Shown here piece by piece: positions 49,216-60,733 of a stretch of 64,000 nucleotides of DNA. Source of the DNA: Zootoca vivipara (lineage: Eukaryota); NCBI RefSeq assembly GCF_963506605.1, contig NC_083282.1, positions 23,498,001 to 23,562,000 of the forward strand. Reading direction: 5' to 3'. The position numbers were made by a program, and so were the translations under genes. Below the pieces are notes generated by a model. It worked only from the letters and a program-made list of their open reading frames with translations. It did no database searches and was not told the origin of the DNA. How positions within the stretch are numbered: the stretch's first letter is position 1; the number at the start of each line of letters is the position of its first letter.

Positions 49216-51266
49216 GTGCACAACCAGCTAACACCAACTGTGTCAGCCGTAGAATTTTTATTGGAAACATTCTGCCTAATTCTGCTCTGCTTTCTCATTT
49301 CTCCGCACAAAGTTCAGCTACTTTTTCTTTGTCCTTTCACTTGCTGACCATGTGCAGGTCGAACGCATCGCAAAATGTTTTTTGTTTTGTGCAGCTTGAG
49401 CCTCATTCTGAGAAACTGTTCGGTTTTCAAAAAGCTCGCTCGGAACGGAATAGGAACCTGTTAGGTTAATAGATTTCTCTTTGGTCTCTATAGCTATGTA
49501 TGGAAGCTTTGAACTCCTTACTTGTTGCACAGATCTTCTGATGATTTCAGCTTCTGGATTTCCCTTTTGTTTTTGCCTGATTCTGTGCAGAGCTATGCGT
49601 GCCCATTGAAATAAACGGGTTTGTGTAACTAACTTTGCACAGGAATGAATCCTCCTGTCTCCCTTTGGCTGATTAACATTATATGTCATGTTAAATGTGT
49701 GCGGTGAGTGTGCGTGTGTGTGTTTATTGGTTTGCTTTTGTTTCATTATGTATTTTGTGTTCTCATTTTGTACTTTTATGTTGTGAACGGCCCTGTGATC
49801 TTTGGATGAAGGGTGGTATGCAATAATAAAAGAAAAGAAGAAAAGAAAAATGTGTAAAGCGTGTCGAATGGACTTCCCTTAATGCTGGGTATCTGTTTGA
49901 CTTAAATTGTTAATTAGCTCTGAATATTCTGATTTTGAGAATATTGTGGTGTGAGGATCCTAACCCATTTTTGGCTAACCTTCACAGCCCTGTGGATGAT
50001 ATTCTAAAGAAATCTGCAATCAGAAGTCCTATAACATTTATATCTTAGGTCTCAAAAAGGACTGAGGGTGTCTTCAGCCTATGATGAATACTGTACAATG
50101 AAGGCACCGGATGTGCCTCTGTGAGGAGGGAACTCCATAGCTTGGGGGCAAGGTAAAGCCATTTCCAAAACTCCAGAATGTGGTTATAGATTTATTTTAT
50201 GCCCTTTATTCCCCCCTCCCTTTCCCAGCCTCTTATATACTTAGTGTACATGTGCCACACATTTTCACACACATTCCAGCACATTAACATCCATGACTTT
50301 TGCTAAACCAGCCCTGGTGTTCTGAGTGTTTCAGCATCAGAGCAAAGAAGGGGTTTCTTTTGCTGGATAGGCTACTATGAAATCGGGCTCTAATCTGTAT
50401 TTTGGGGGTATTCATGATCTCTAGAACTTGCACAGTCCTTGGAAACCGCTAGTAAAGTAAATCATGAGATGTTAAAAATATTTCATCATGTAATTGGTTT
50501 ATCTGGTTGATCAGTCACAGATAACTGCATGAATGACATTATTTATTTCAGCACAGTCTCTTGTGATTTACATTAATCTACACAATCTGGCGCCTTGAAA
50601 GCGATGAAAGGGCCTATTGTAATGTTATTCTGACCTCCTTGTCTACCATCATAGCCTTCTTTCCTGAATGAAGTTTTCTGATTCAAATACCCATAGCTCG
50701 TTAATTTCCCCTTTATCTAATTGTATTTGAAGCGATGTGCTATGCAGAATCCTACTGTGGCAGCTACTGACCACGGTAATCTGTGCATTCACTCAGAATG
50801 GATCCACATGATCATATTATGACCTGACTTAACCATTCGCTGCTCGGTGAGCCTGAGCGAAGGGCAGCTTTCTCTACCCCAGTGCAAGGTCAATGCAACC
50901 CAAGGTACGGACATTTTGCAAGCACTTTGTTCCCCTTTATGAAATTTTAAAGTTCTGTTCCTTTGTTCTCCCCTCCAGGAGATGTCCAGAAGGTGGCCAC
51001 AGGAGAACAGACATTTTTGTGTGCTGGGCTCCCCGTTTGTGGAATGTCCTCCCCAAGGAGGCTCGCCTGGTGCCTTCATTACGTACCTTTAGGTGCCAGC
51101 CCAAAACACCGTTTAATTAGCCAAAGGCCTGGAAGAAGAGCTATCTGTGGCCTTTTGAACTGCTTGTGGTGGTTAATATATGAAATAGAAGAATGTACAA
51201 TAGATGAAATGTGTGATGTAATAAGAGGAATATGTATTCGGTGAAAAGTGTGCTATTATGAAGTAT

Positions 51267-51267
<1 letters not shown>

Positions 51268-51306
<39 letters not shown>

Positions 51307-51528
51307 GTGTGGATCACTCCATGAGGAAACTGATCTTCAACAACAACAACAACAGTGTGGATCACTCCAACAACAACAGTGTGGATCACTCCATGGGGAA
51401 ACTGATCTTCCGAGTGGACACGGTTTAAAATTGCGCTGTAAGAAAGAACAAAAGAATCTCTCTCTCTCTCGTTCTCTCACACACAATGCTCCAGTAAATC
51501 AGTTTCCCCATGGAATGATCCACACTGC
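51268..51528. repeat. (AAC)n tracts interleaved with short duplications and an inverted repeat
   Basis: Unit AGTGTGGATCACTCCA(TG.GGAAACTGATCTTC) at about 51306, 51354 (partial) and 51378; inverted copy at 51499-51528. Confidence 0.85.
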
Positions 51529-54356
51529 TGGAGAACATGTGTGAATATTGCAACCACATTAATAGAACTACCATCCTGCCAGTTCAGAGCTCTTTACTAC
51601 TTTGTTAGTGAGTACATCAAAGCGGTGAAAGCTTAACTCATTCACATGATTCTGTGTACGGATCAGGAGAAATGGGACTCAAACCTGCGGCGAATCTGCC
51701 CAATGCCATATCTCAGATTTGCAGCTGAGCTTTCACACATCAGAAGGGTGCCATCATGACTTGTATTAGAAAATTTCAAAAAGAGGACCATATAAAATAC
51801 CAAATAAAATTATGATTAAAACTTACGAGTTTTTCTAATATGCGACCTCCTTGATCCAGAATCTCATATTTATACAAGGAAAAGAAGATGTAACAAAACT
51901 GTTAATTCCCAGGATTCTTCGGGGGAAGGCTGTGCAAAGTGTTTTAATACTGCTTTAAATGTATAGTGTAGAAGTAGCATCGGTAAAGATATTCCACTGA
52001 TATAGTTTATTTAAATATGAACCAAGTCTAGATAATCAGTTACTTAAGATTAATTAATTCTGTTTGAGGAAGGAAATAACCTTTCCTAGATTCCACTTAA
52101 TGCCTCCTACAGTCCGTGAAGTCAGATTAACAAAAAATATCATACAACATAAACTTCTGCCACTGTGGTTTCATTGAGGGGAAAAATCTCCCTCATTATC
52201 TGTTTAATTATTTTCTGACATAAGGCACTGGAAGGAAATACGTTATTTATTTTTTAAATAAAATATAATTTAAATAAAATTTAAATAAAATAAAATAAAA
52301 TATTTTTAAATAAAAAAAATCACATTAAGATACTGGATAAGTCTGTTTTTTCAGTTATCTCAATTTTATTTTTGTACATTATATGAAGGCAAACAGTTAC
52401 CAACAAAACTACATCTTGAAACTGGCTTGATGGAAATTAAAATCTAGCTAAACAGCAGGCTCAACTGGATTTGAGAATCATGTCATTTGACGGGTTTTCA
52501 TTGATTTATGCTTTATTCTGTTCTCACCACGTTTATTGTATTATGTCATAAACGCACCCCCCCCCCCACCAAAATCCAATGCTTCTGTTGCGTTGCTTAA
52601 AATCTTCACATTTGGACCGACCGATTGCCAATTATTATACTGCCTCCTTCGGACATTTCTGTTATCGGGAGTTAAGTTTTAAAAGTCTTCCCTTGTAACT
52701 TGCATTTAAGTTTTAAATGCAAGCTCGACAAAACACACATTGTGGCGGGGAGAATCGTGTTAAAAGCAAAAAACCCGGGTGCCTCTAGAGTGAAGATTTT
52801 CCATTAGAATGCATGAATATTTGATGGCTGGTCTTGAATGGGAGCATCTAGCTTACCAACATCCACATGCAGCATGTTTAAGGGCTGACCCAGCGCAAGG
52901 TTTTCACGCCATTTGAAATTCCCGATCAAGCCAATTTTATCGGAACAAAAGTAATCCAAGGCTGCAATCCTAAACCCTCAATGTTGATAGCTGGTGTGCT
53001 TGAGGGTACTCAGTAGGCTCCTCTCTGCTAGCTTGTTAAGCTACAAGCAGGTAGCTCTTCGCTGGTAGCCAGCAAAAATAGGGTGTTTGGGGGGGCAGGG
53101 TATTTGTGGACTTAGATCCAAGGGATCTAAATCCACAGGCCTCCTAGCTGTGTTGCACACATTGCAAATATATATATATATATAAAACCCCACCCTTTCA
53201 GGTGCAATGTTCGCTCTGTTTCTCTCTGGCCCCATTTAAGATTGCTCTGTAAAACTTTTATTTTTAATAGTAAATACTTACACTAGATGTTTTAATACTG
53301 GTCTATGAATAGCAATGGGGGGGGGGAGCCTGTGCAGATTTTCACCCCAAAACCCACATTTTACCAACAGGGCAGGCTTGCATTTACTTAGATGAATGAT
53401 AAGAACAGATTGGCCTACATTTCGATTTTCATATTTGACATCTGCTTTAACAGATACTGAATCCTCTTAAAGAACAAAGGCTACTTGGAGTCCAGTTTTA
53501 AGTGCCACCCAAAGCTCCTTTACTTACAGCGAAGGTGAATTTTGCAGATCGAGTGCTGCCTATGTTTTATTTAAAATTTCATTCGGGCATGCTGATGGGT
53601 TCACAGCCCTGGGTTGACACAAGTTCTTTTATTCTTTGATGGGAAACGAAACTAAATGATTCATTCATATATGTGTGCTTTATGTGTGTGTGTGTTTTGT
53701 ACACTTACAGGCAATACACTTAAATCAATGCTGCAAAAAAAACACACCACCACCATCAACGCACAAGACGTTTTCAACCCATCATCGTGCAAGTACTAAA
53801 GTTCAATCAAATGTTAACTTAGCTGACTGCTCCCACTGCTGGCAGGCTCACCTCATGCAGCCCAGCCGAGCCCTGATTTAATCACAATAATGGTTGGCTA
53901 TTTTCAGAAAAGCATGAAAGCAAAAGGGCAAGGGGAGGGGGAGAGAGATGGTTTCACTTTTCACTTCTGATATGCAAGCCTGGTATTGATATTGCTCACA
54001 GCTGAAGGGACGAAAAACTGTTCCCTTGCATTTAACAGGGCAACTGCGTCTCTCTAACTCGATAGAGCTGTTTATATGGTTTGGTCCTTTCTAGTTTGAT
54101 TCTTGTAGGCTTTCCACAGGCAGAATCTATGCCTGCATTGCAGGGGGTTGGACTAGATGACCCACAGGGTGCCTTCCAACTCTACAATTCTATGATTTAG
54201 CTTCCCATTGTGAGAACATGATGTTGGAGTACGTGGGTCTTTAGCCTAATCCAACAGGTCTCTTCTTACGTTAAGGCCAGCTTTCTCTCACTTGCCAACG
54301 GCTTCTCGCGTGTAGAGATCCCCCTCATTAATCCAGACAGGAAGGAAGTAGCACTT

Positions 54357-54963
54357 AGAATCATAGAATCATAGAATCATAGAATCATAGAATCATAGAG
54401 TTGGAAGAGACCACAAGGGCCATCCAGTCCAACCCCCTGCCAAGCAGGAAACACCATCAAAGCATTCCTGACAGATGGCTGTCATGCCTCTGCTTAAAGA
54501 CCTCCAAAGAAGGAGACTCCACCACACTCCTTGGCAGCAAATTCCACTGCCGAACAGCTCTTACTGTCAGGAAGTTCTTCCTAATGTTTAGGTGGAATTT
54601 TCTTTCTTGTAGTTTGAATCCATTGCTCCGTGTCCGCTTCTCTGGAGCAGCAGAAAACAACCTTTCTCCCTCCTTTATATGACATCCTTTTATATATTTG
54701 AACATGGTTATCATATCACCCCTTAACCTTCTCTTCTCCAGGCTAAACATACCCAGCTCCCTAAGCCGTTCCTCATAAGGCATCGTTTCCAGGCCTTTGA
54801 CCATTTTGGTTGCCCTCTTCTGGACACGTTCCAGCTTATCAGTATCCTTCTTGAACTGTGGTGCCCAGAACTGGACACAATACTCCAGGTGAGGTCTGAC
54901 CAGAGCAGAATACAGTGGTACTATTACTTCCCTTGATCTAGATGCTATACTCCTATTGATGCA
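54357..54963 (-). mobile_element. Young CR1 LINE 3' fragment
   Basis: Uninterrupted ORF2 C-terminus (ORF 54457-54804) and (ATCATAGA)n tail. Confidence 0.97.
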
Positions 54964-55202
54964 TCTAGATCAGTAGGACGCCGATGCAGCAACAGGGTTA
55001 TTTATATATGCCACTACAGCGGCCCGTGTTTTGTTAGAACTCTCCTCCCATCCAGAGGGGAGGGTTTGTGGGCGGAGCCCGTTCCCTGCGTCTGCAGGGG
55101 GGCATGTTCGGCCCCCTGCAGTAGTCCCTCCTCACTGCCGCGTCATACTCCTCAGCTGGCCAATAGGGCTTGCTGGGGGGCGGAGTCTGGCTCCGTTTAA
55201 AC

Positions 55203-55338
55203 CAGGCACCCCCAAACTGCGGCCCTCCAGATGTTTTGGCCCACAACTCCCATGATCCCTAGCTAAGAGGACCAGTGGTCGGGGAAGATGGGAATTGTAG
55301 TCCAAAACATCTGGAGGGCCAAAGTTTGGGGGTGCCTG
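55203..55338. mobile_element. hAT MITE (136 bp)
   Basis: TIR CAGGCACCCCCAAACT / AGTTTGGGGGTGCCTG; perfect TSD GTTTAAAC. Confidence 0.96.
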
Positions 55339-55409
55339 GTTTAAACGGCTGCTGCGGCGGGGATCTTTCTCTTTGCTTCCTGCCCGTTTACTGACTAAAT
55401 GGGGGGAAA

Positions 55410-55660
55410 TTGTGTACACTTGGAAACGTTGGCAGCATGAAGATAAATTCAACAGTGTAAATAAGTTTTGATGGAGTGATAATTGGGGGGGGGGAGGAAA
55501 ACTGGATAGTTTAGTTTATATAAAATATGCAGGGATTTATGCTATGCAAAATGAACCATGGAAAGTGAAGAAGGGAAGTCACTGATATTTTAAGGTTGCT
55601 TAAATGAATTTTCTGAATTGTAAAACAGAAAATTTAATAAAAATTATATATACCATAAAA
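55410..55660 (+). mobile_element. L1-like 3' UTR/tail
   Basis: AT-rich, GGGAAGTC motif as at 5927, AATAAA and A-rich end. Confidence 0.55.
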
Positions 55661-55847
55661 AAGACTGGACTTTAGCTGCTATAAAACAGAGCAGCTAAAG
55701 TTTTGCCCAGAGCCAGTGTTTGAAATCTGCAAATGAGCTCCACTGGCTGTCGCTCCATTTCCAGGCTCAATTTAAAGTGCTAGTCATTACCTATAAACAC
55801 ACCTCTACAGTTCAGGACTCAGGATCGTAGGAAGATACCTTCTACTG

Positions 55848-56408
55848 CAGTGTTTCTCAACCTTTTTTGGGCCACGGCACACTTTTCTATGAAAAAAAAT
55901 CCCGCGGCACACCAACTCTGTGCCGCCCTATATTTAGTTTAGTTTGGAGGGGAGACGTACCGGTAAAGCATGCCGCTGAAGAACTGCTGCGCGGTAGCCA
56001 GGCGGACCCACCAGGCGCAGAGCCTGCGGAGCGAGCGGGGACAGACCCCAGGCGGGCAGACACGGGCGCGCAGCTGCCGCCGCCTCCCTCCCAGCCGCCC
56101 CAGGCAGCCGCCGCCGCTCTGGCCCGGCGAAGGGAAGCCCTGCGCAGCCTTCCCCGCCTGCCTCCTCCTCCCCAGGAGGGCGATTTGCATTGTCACGTGC
56201 CTGGCGGCCGCCAATAAACAGCGCTGACCCGCCAGAAAGGAAGCCGGTCGGGTCACGACGCGGGCACTCGCCTCGCGTCATGACCCGGCCGGCTTCCTTT
56301 CCGGCGGGTCAGCGACGTGACAGTGCAAATCGCCCTTCTCGTCGCGGCACACCAGCCAGTGTTTCGCGGCACAGTAGTGTGCCGCGGAACACCGGTTGAG
56401 AAACGCTG
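55848..56408. mobile_element. Non-autonomous hAT (Charlie/Buster-type) element with captured CpG-rich sequence (Pack-hAT candidate)
   Basis: TIR CAGTGTTTCTCAACC / GGTTGAGAAACGCTG; perfect TSD TTCTACTG (55840-55847, 56409-56416); subterminal CGCGGCACAC repeats; CpG-island-like interior. Confidence 0.93.
55961..56023 (-). other. Exon-like cargo with both splice sites inside hAT element
   Basis: Acceptor TCTGTCCCCGCTCGCTCCGCAG, 63 nt, donor CG|GTACGT; frame LCAWWVRLATAQQFFSGMLY(R) has G/C at 18 of 20 third positions. Confidence 0.6.
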
Positions 56409-56459
56409 TTCTACTGAGTCAGATCGTTGGCCACCTCATTCCTGACTGTCTACGCTGAC

Positions 56460-56550
56460 CATAGCTGCCAAGTTCTCCCTTTTTTTAAAGGGAAATTCCC
56501 TTATGCTGAATAGGCTTCCTCGCGAGAAAAGGGAAAACTTGGCAGCTATG
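56460..56550. mobile_element. 91-bp hAT MITE
   Basis: TIR CATAGCTGCCAAGTT; perfect TSD ACGCTGAC; inverted near-copy of 5289-5378. Confidence 0.95.
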
Positions 56551-58039
56551 ACGCTGACTGAAAGCAGCTCTGCAGTATTTTAGACAGCAAGTCTTTTCCA
56601 GACTCACCTGGAGATGCCAGGGATCGAACCTGCAGCCTTCTGCAGACAAAGAAACGGAATTAAAGGTCTATCTCCTCCCACACTGTCCAAGCTACACCTG
56701 GCCATTTCTCCTGCAAGGGAAAGGCAACCCTTTTGTGTCTGTCAGCTGCTAGCTATCACAGATAACAAATGCAAAGAGCTTACTTCAAAGATGTCGTATC
56801 AATGGAGCAATATAATAAAATCCTTTCATCAATAGACAGCCAGGGGGGTGGGGGTGGTATATTTATACAGAAGAACTTCCTTATAGTGTTAAGGGTATGG
56901 AGAATCAGCACAGCGAGGTAACAATCTGCACAAGGCACATAAAGAACTAGGGGTGGAGGAGAAATTTGGATCGGTCTGTATTTTAACGCAATTTGCCCTT
57001 CCCAAAACAACACATGAACCAAACTGCAGCTATCTTTTGCAACGCACACTTCTCCAGCTTGTGTGATCCAACCAAACAATGTCCATATTAGCAAAAACAA
57101 GCACACAAAATTCATTATATTAGGAGAAATTGTTTGCTAACCTGCTCACAAGCTAGGAATTGCCAACATGAGAAGTTATGAGTGTTTATTAGAAATACGA
57201 TTATATTACTCACGTTTTGAAGAGAAGGCAATCTTTCTATTAAGTGAATGTGGTGGCAGGTATAAATCATTACCTGTGCAGGTAACAACTGAAACTGAAC
57301 GGCGTCAAATGTGGGGCAGAGGACAGTGTCTCAGATCGGACAGTCCCAAATTCAAAACCTTGTTCAGCCACTGAAGCTCACTGGTGACCTTAAGCAGCCT
57401 TCCCCAACCTGGTGCCCCCCCCCCAGAAGTTTTGGGACATCACTCCCATCAGTCCCACCCAGTTTTGCCACTGGTCAATGATGGTGGGAGTTTCACATTG
57501 CCACCTGCAAGACGCCAAAGCCAGGGAAATCTAAGTTATTCATTGTGGCAGAAGCAATATGTTATGGGATGTGTTGGAGCCAGGAAACCACCTTGGGTAC
57601 TCAAAGGCGGGATATATATTTAAATAAGAAAAGAAAGTTCAACCTAGGCTACTTTGCAGGGCTTTTGTGAAGACACAAAAGGGAGGGATGGGAACAGAGA
57701 AAAACCTGTTTCTTGGGTCTTAGGAACCATGGTGCAAAATTAATTTTGAACAAGTTTCCAAAATATATAGCAGATATGAAAGACAGCAGATTTTTTTTTA
57801 AAAAAACACAGACTCATAAATCTCTAGAATGCATAAAAAATAAAAATGCAATGTAGTCTTCACGGTTTCATCACAAAGAAGCCATGCACCACTTTATAGT
57901 ACAGTACTTTATAAAATGCTTATGGAAAAACTTAGGGAAATACGGATTCAGATGCAAAGGGAGCAGCAGATGGAAGAATGCCAGAATAATCCACTTAGGT
58001 AAACATATCATCAATACAAGACTCTATGAATTTACTCAC

Positions 58040-58101
58040 CTGCACCAAGTTACTATGGAAACTACAACCATAAAACTGATCATACCTTCGTTTTAAACTT
58101 T
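58040..58101 (-). CDS. Candidate exon of the unidentified minus-strand gene (SLKRRYDQFYGCSFHSNLVQ)
   Basis: Acceptor TTATTGTTTTAG, consensus donor CAG|GTGAGT, 62 nt, open frame phase 1-0; could be non-coding. Confidence 0.4.
58049..58062. promoter_or_regulatory. RFX X-box-like motif GTTACTATGGAAAC
   Basis: Close match to the GTTNCCATGGNAAC palindromic consensus. Confidence 0.35.
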
Positions 58102-59320
58102 CTAAAACAATAATCTGCTTATCTTCATTTCAAGCCAACAAGCAAAGCCAAACACCTGGAATGAGGCAGCTGAATAAAGAGATGACTTTGGGGGCTGCGG
58201 GAAGGGGGGAACCTTGCAGCCTCCTTGCGCAAGCATTTAAGAACATCCAAAGTGAAAATACTTTGCAAAAGTTAAGTACGTGTATGGTTCGCCGCTTAAT
58301 ACTTCACTCCGATTACTTGCCCTGCACTCCTGTCATATTGAGCAGCATACGAAACACAACTTCCAGCACTTTCAGCGGGGCTTGCACTGAACAATGTAAA
58401 CTCGGAATATTTGTATACTGTCTTTTTTATGATTAGCTGATTTGCAGGCCTTCATTGGGAGGCTCTCAAAATCGGGTGCAAATATCCTTATAAATAGATA
58501 CCTGCATCAATCCAAAATTGGAAAGGGCCATGGAGGTCATTCATTCCAGTGTCAGAGACAGGACCAAGTCTCTGACTGGGAAGGACACTTGCACAGAATT
58601 AAATGGGGGAAGAAATCCTGAAGGAAATGAAGAATCTTCTCCATACACACTTAAGACAAAGACCAGGGATAATTTAGAGGTTTGCATTTGTTTGTTTGAT
58701 TGATTGATTTGTCTACCACTTAATAATTAACTTTCTCTGAGTGACTAACAATAACACTGAAAACCATAAAGATTTAGAGAAATGAAGCGAACAACTGCAA
58801 CGGCCCTCCCCTTTGCACACCGAATACCAAGCCATGGTTTGCTTTTAATCATCGTTTGTTCTACAAACCACAAATTCTCTGGCAGACAAGAAAACAAGCT
58901 GCGGCTTGTTCCTCTAAAGTTTGTTTTGTTTTTCATCTGCTCTGTCTTGTGGCGTTGTAACCTGGGAAGTGTCTTGGATGGGGTAGCCAAACAAGCCCAT
59001 GGCTTAAGCAAGACATAATGCCAATCAACAGTTCAGAGCAAGCCATGATTTACGGGCCAACAACAAGCCATGGTTTCACACGGTGGCTGCTTGGTAGAAA
59101 TAAACCATGCTCAGTCTGCTTGGTTTGCATATTCAAATGAACCATGGTTTAGTGTTGTGTGAACCAGGCCAGAGCAAATTAGAATAAATAATACCACTAG
59201 CAGGAAAACATTAATACAGCCAAGCTAAATGCACTTTTAAAAGATCTTAATGTTAAAGTACCCAAGAAAATAAAAGTGTATTCACATTTTTCTGTTTGTG
59301 GAATGGAACAAGATTTAGAT

Positions 59321-59545
59321 CCATGGTTCCCAACATGGGGCGTGTGCCCCACAAGGGGGCAATTTGATTTTTAAGGGGGGGGCAATTAAAGAATGAGTTA
59401 TTAACAGTGAATGGCTTTTAAGGCTTCCTCCATGTGACTGGGAGTTCACTTTTTGAATAATAAGAATTATATGTCACGGGGGCGGGGCATCTGGATTTTA
59501 GAGATGCTTAGGTGGGGCATGGCCAAAAAAGATTGGGAACCACAA
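59321..59545. mobile_element. hAT (Charlie-like) MITE
   Basis: Ends TGGTTCCCAA / TTGGGAACCAC. Confidence 0.7.
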
Positions 59546-60708
59546 GAGGATTTTTGCAATTTCCCCTTTCCTTTGCGTCACTAAGGGCCACATCCCACCC
59601 TTTTTTGGAGGGTCTCTTGATCCTCTGCAGCAGTTTTTCAAGGGGCACAAGTGGTTGTAGGAGAAATCAGCAAACATTACTCCCCCCCCTTCCTCCAAGG
59701 GAGTGTCCCATGGCCAGATTCAACACGTGGTCAGCCTAGATTTCAGCCAATTGATTTGGGAAGATTTTTGAATGATTGCCATTGGTATAGGTACAATTGG
59801 TATAAACACACACCCCTTCCAACTTTGCATATCAGTGCAAAATTATTGGGACTAACATTGTTGTCGTATTCTTAGGAAGGTAGGCAATAAAAATGCTTTG
59901 AACCAAAAGGATCCAGCCAGCCAGCATGTTTTCATTTTAACAGATGGAGAGTGCTTCAAGGTTGCAAATGTTTGTATTGAATATATTAAAGTTAGGTATT
60001 AATAGGAAGCGGATGCGTTTTCAAGAGCTGCTTCCAATCACAGATACACAGGCATTTATCCTGAGATAATGCCTCAAACAGGTTTGTCCAATGGGTGAAC
60101 CCAAAGTCATTTCGGTGCCAAGCTTTTATGCCTAAATCCTGTTGGTGACAGTCCAGTGGAAGTGCAATAACTTCAGGTTGTCTTTTCTTCAGAACTATTC
60201 TGATTACAGCATAGCGTATCTTTGCATAAGGTGGAGAATGGACTTTTGGAATTACACGGAGCAGCGTTTCTTGATTTGCTTTGGGCCATGCAGCATGCCC
60301 ATCTTGGAACAGGAAAACAACATAAGAGGCAGGGGAGAAAATTGCCTTTCAACGAAACTGAGTTGCTTGCGCACACTCACCTTCCTTCTGCGCTTTCCAG
60401 GCGTGGTCCGTGCTTTAAAGCTCTGTTTGTTGCACTTCAGTTTTAAAGAGCGGGTTTTCGTGGGGAAGCTCAGGGTGGGGTGGGGGGGACACAGAGCTTC
60501 AAAGCACTGGAAAGAGCAGGGCAAAAAAAGTGTGGATAAGCCCTCAACCATGAAACTACAGAAGAGAAAGGGTTGGATCCAGTGCGTAAGGCCACCAGCA
60601 CAAGGGATCTTGCAGTAGCAGAGATCTCTAAGTCCCACTGATTTCAGCGGTCCTACTAGAAGTACTTGCTGATATTTTATGAATACTGTGAACCACCCTG
60701 AGAAGGGG

Positions 60709-60733
60709 AGAAGAAGAAGAAGAAGAAGAAGAA
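60709..60733. repeat. (AAG)n microsatellite
   Basis: Direct reading. Confidence 0.9.

Larger units (their letters stand above)
54311..55390 (-). mobile_element. LTR-like GC-rich fragment interrupted by CR1 and a hAT MITE
   Basis: Minus strand ends in ...CTCTACA at 54311 with ATAAATAA upstream; sequence is continuous across the CR1 (AGTAGCAC/AGTAGGAC) and MITE junctions. Confidence 0.45.
55826..56650 (-). mobile_element. Squam3-like SINE split by two hAT insertions
   Basis: Removing 55848-56416 and 56460-56558 restores a sequence colinear with 32285-32462, including B-box GGTTCGATCCC. Confidence 0.75.

Noticed and set aside
51306-51410. CRISPR-like repeat-spacer pattern
   Set aside because: The spacers are (AAC)n microsatellite, the repeats are unequal, and the context is eukaryotic.
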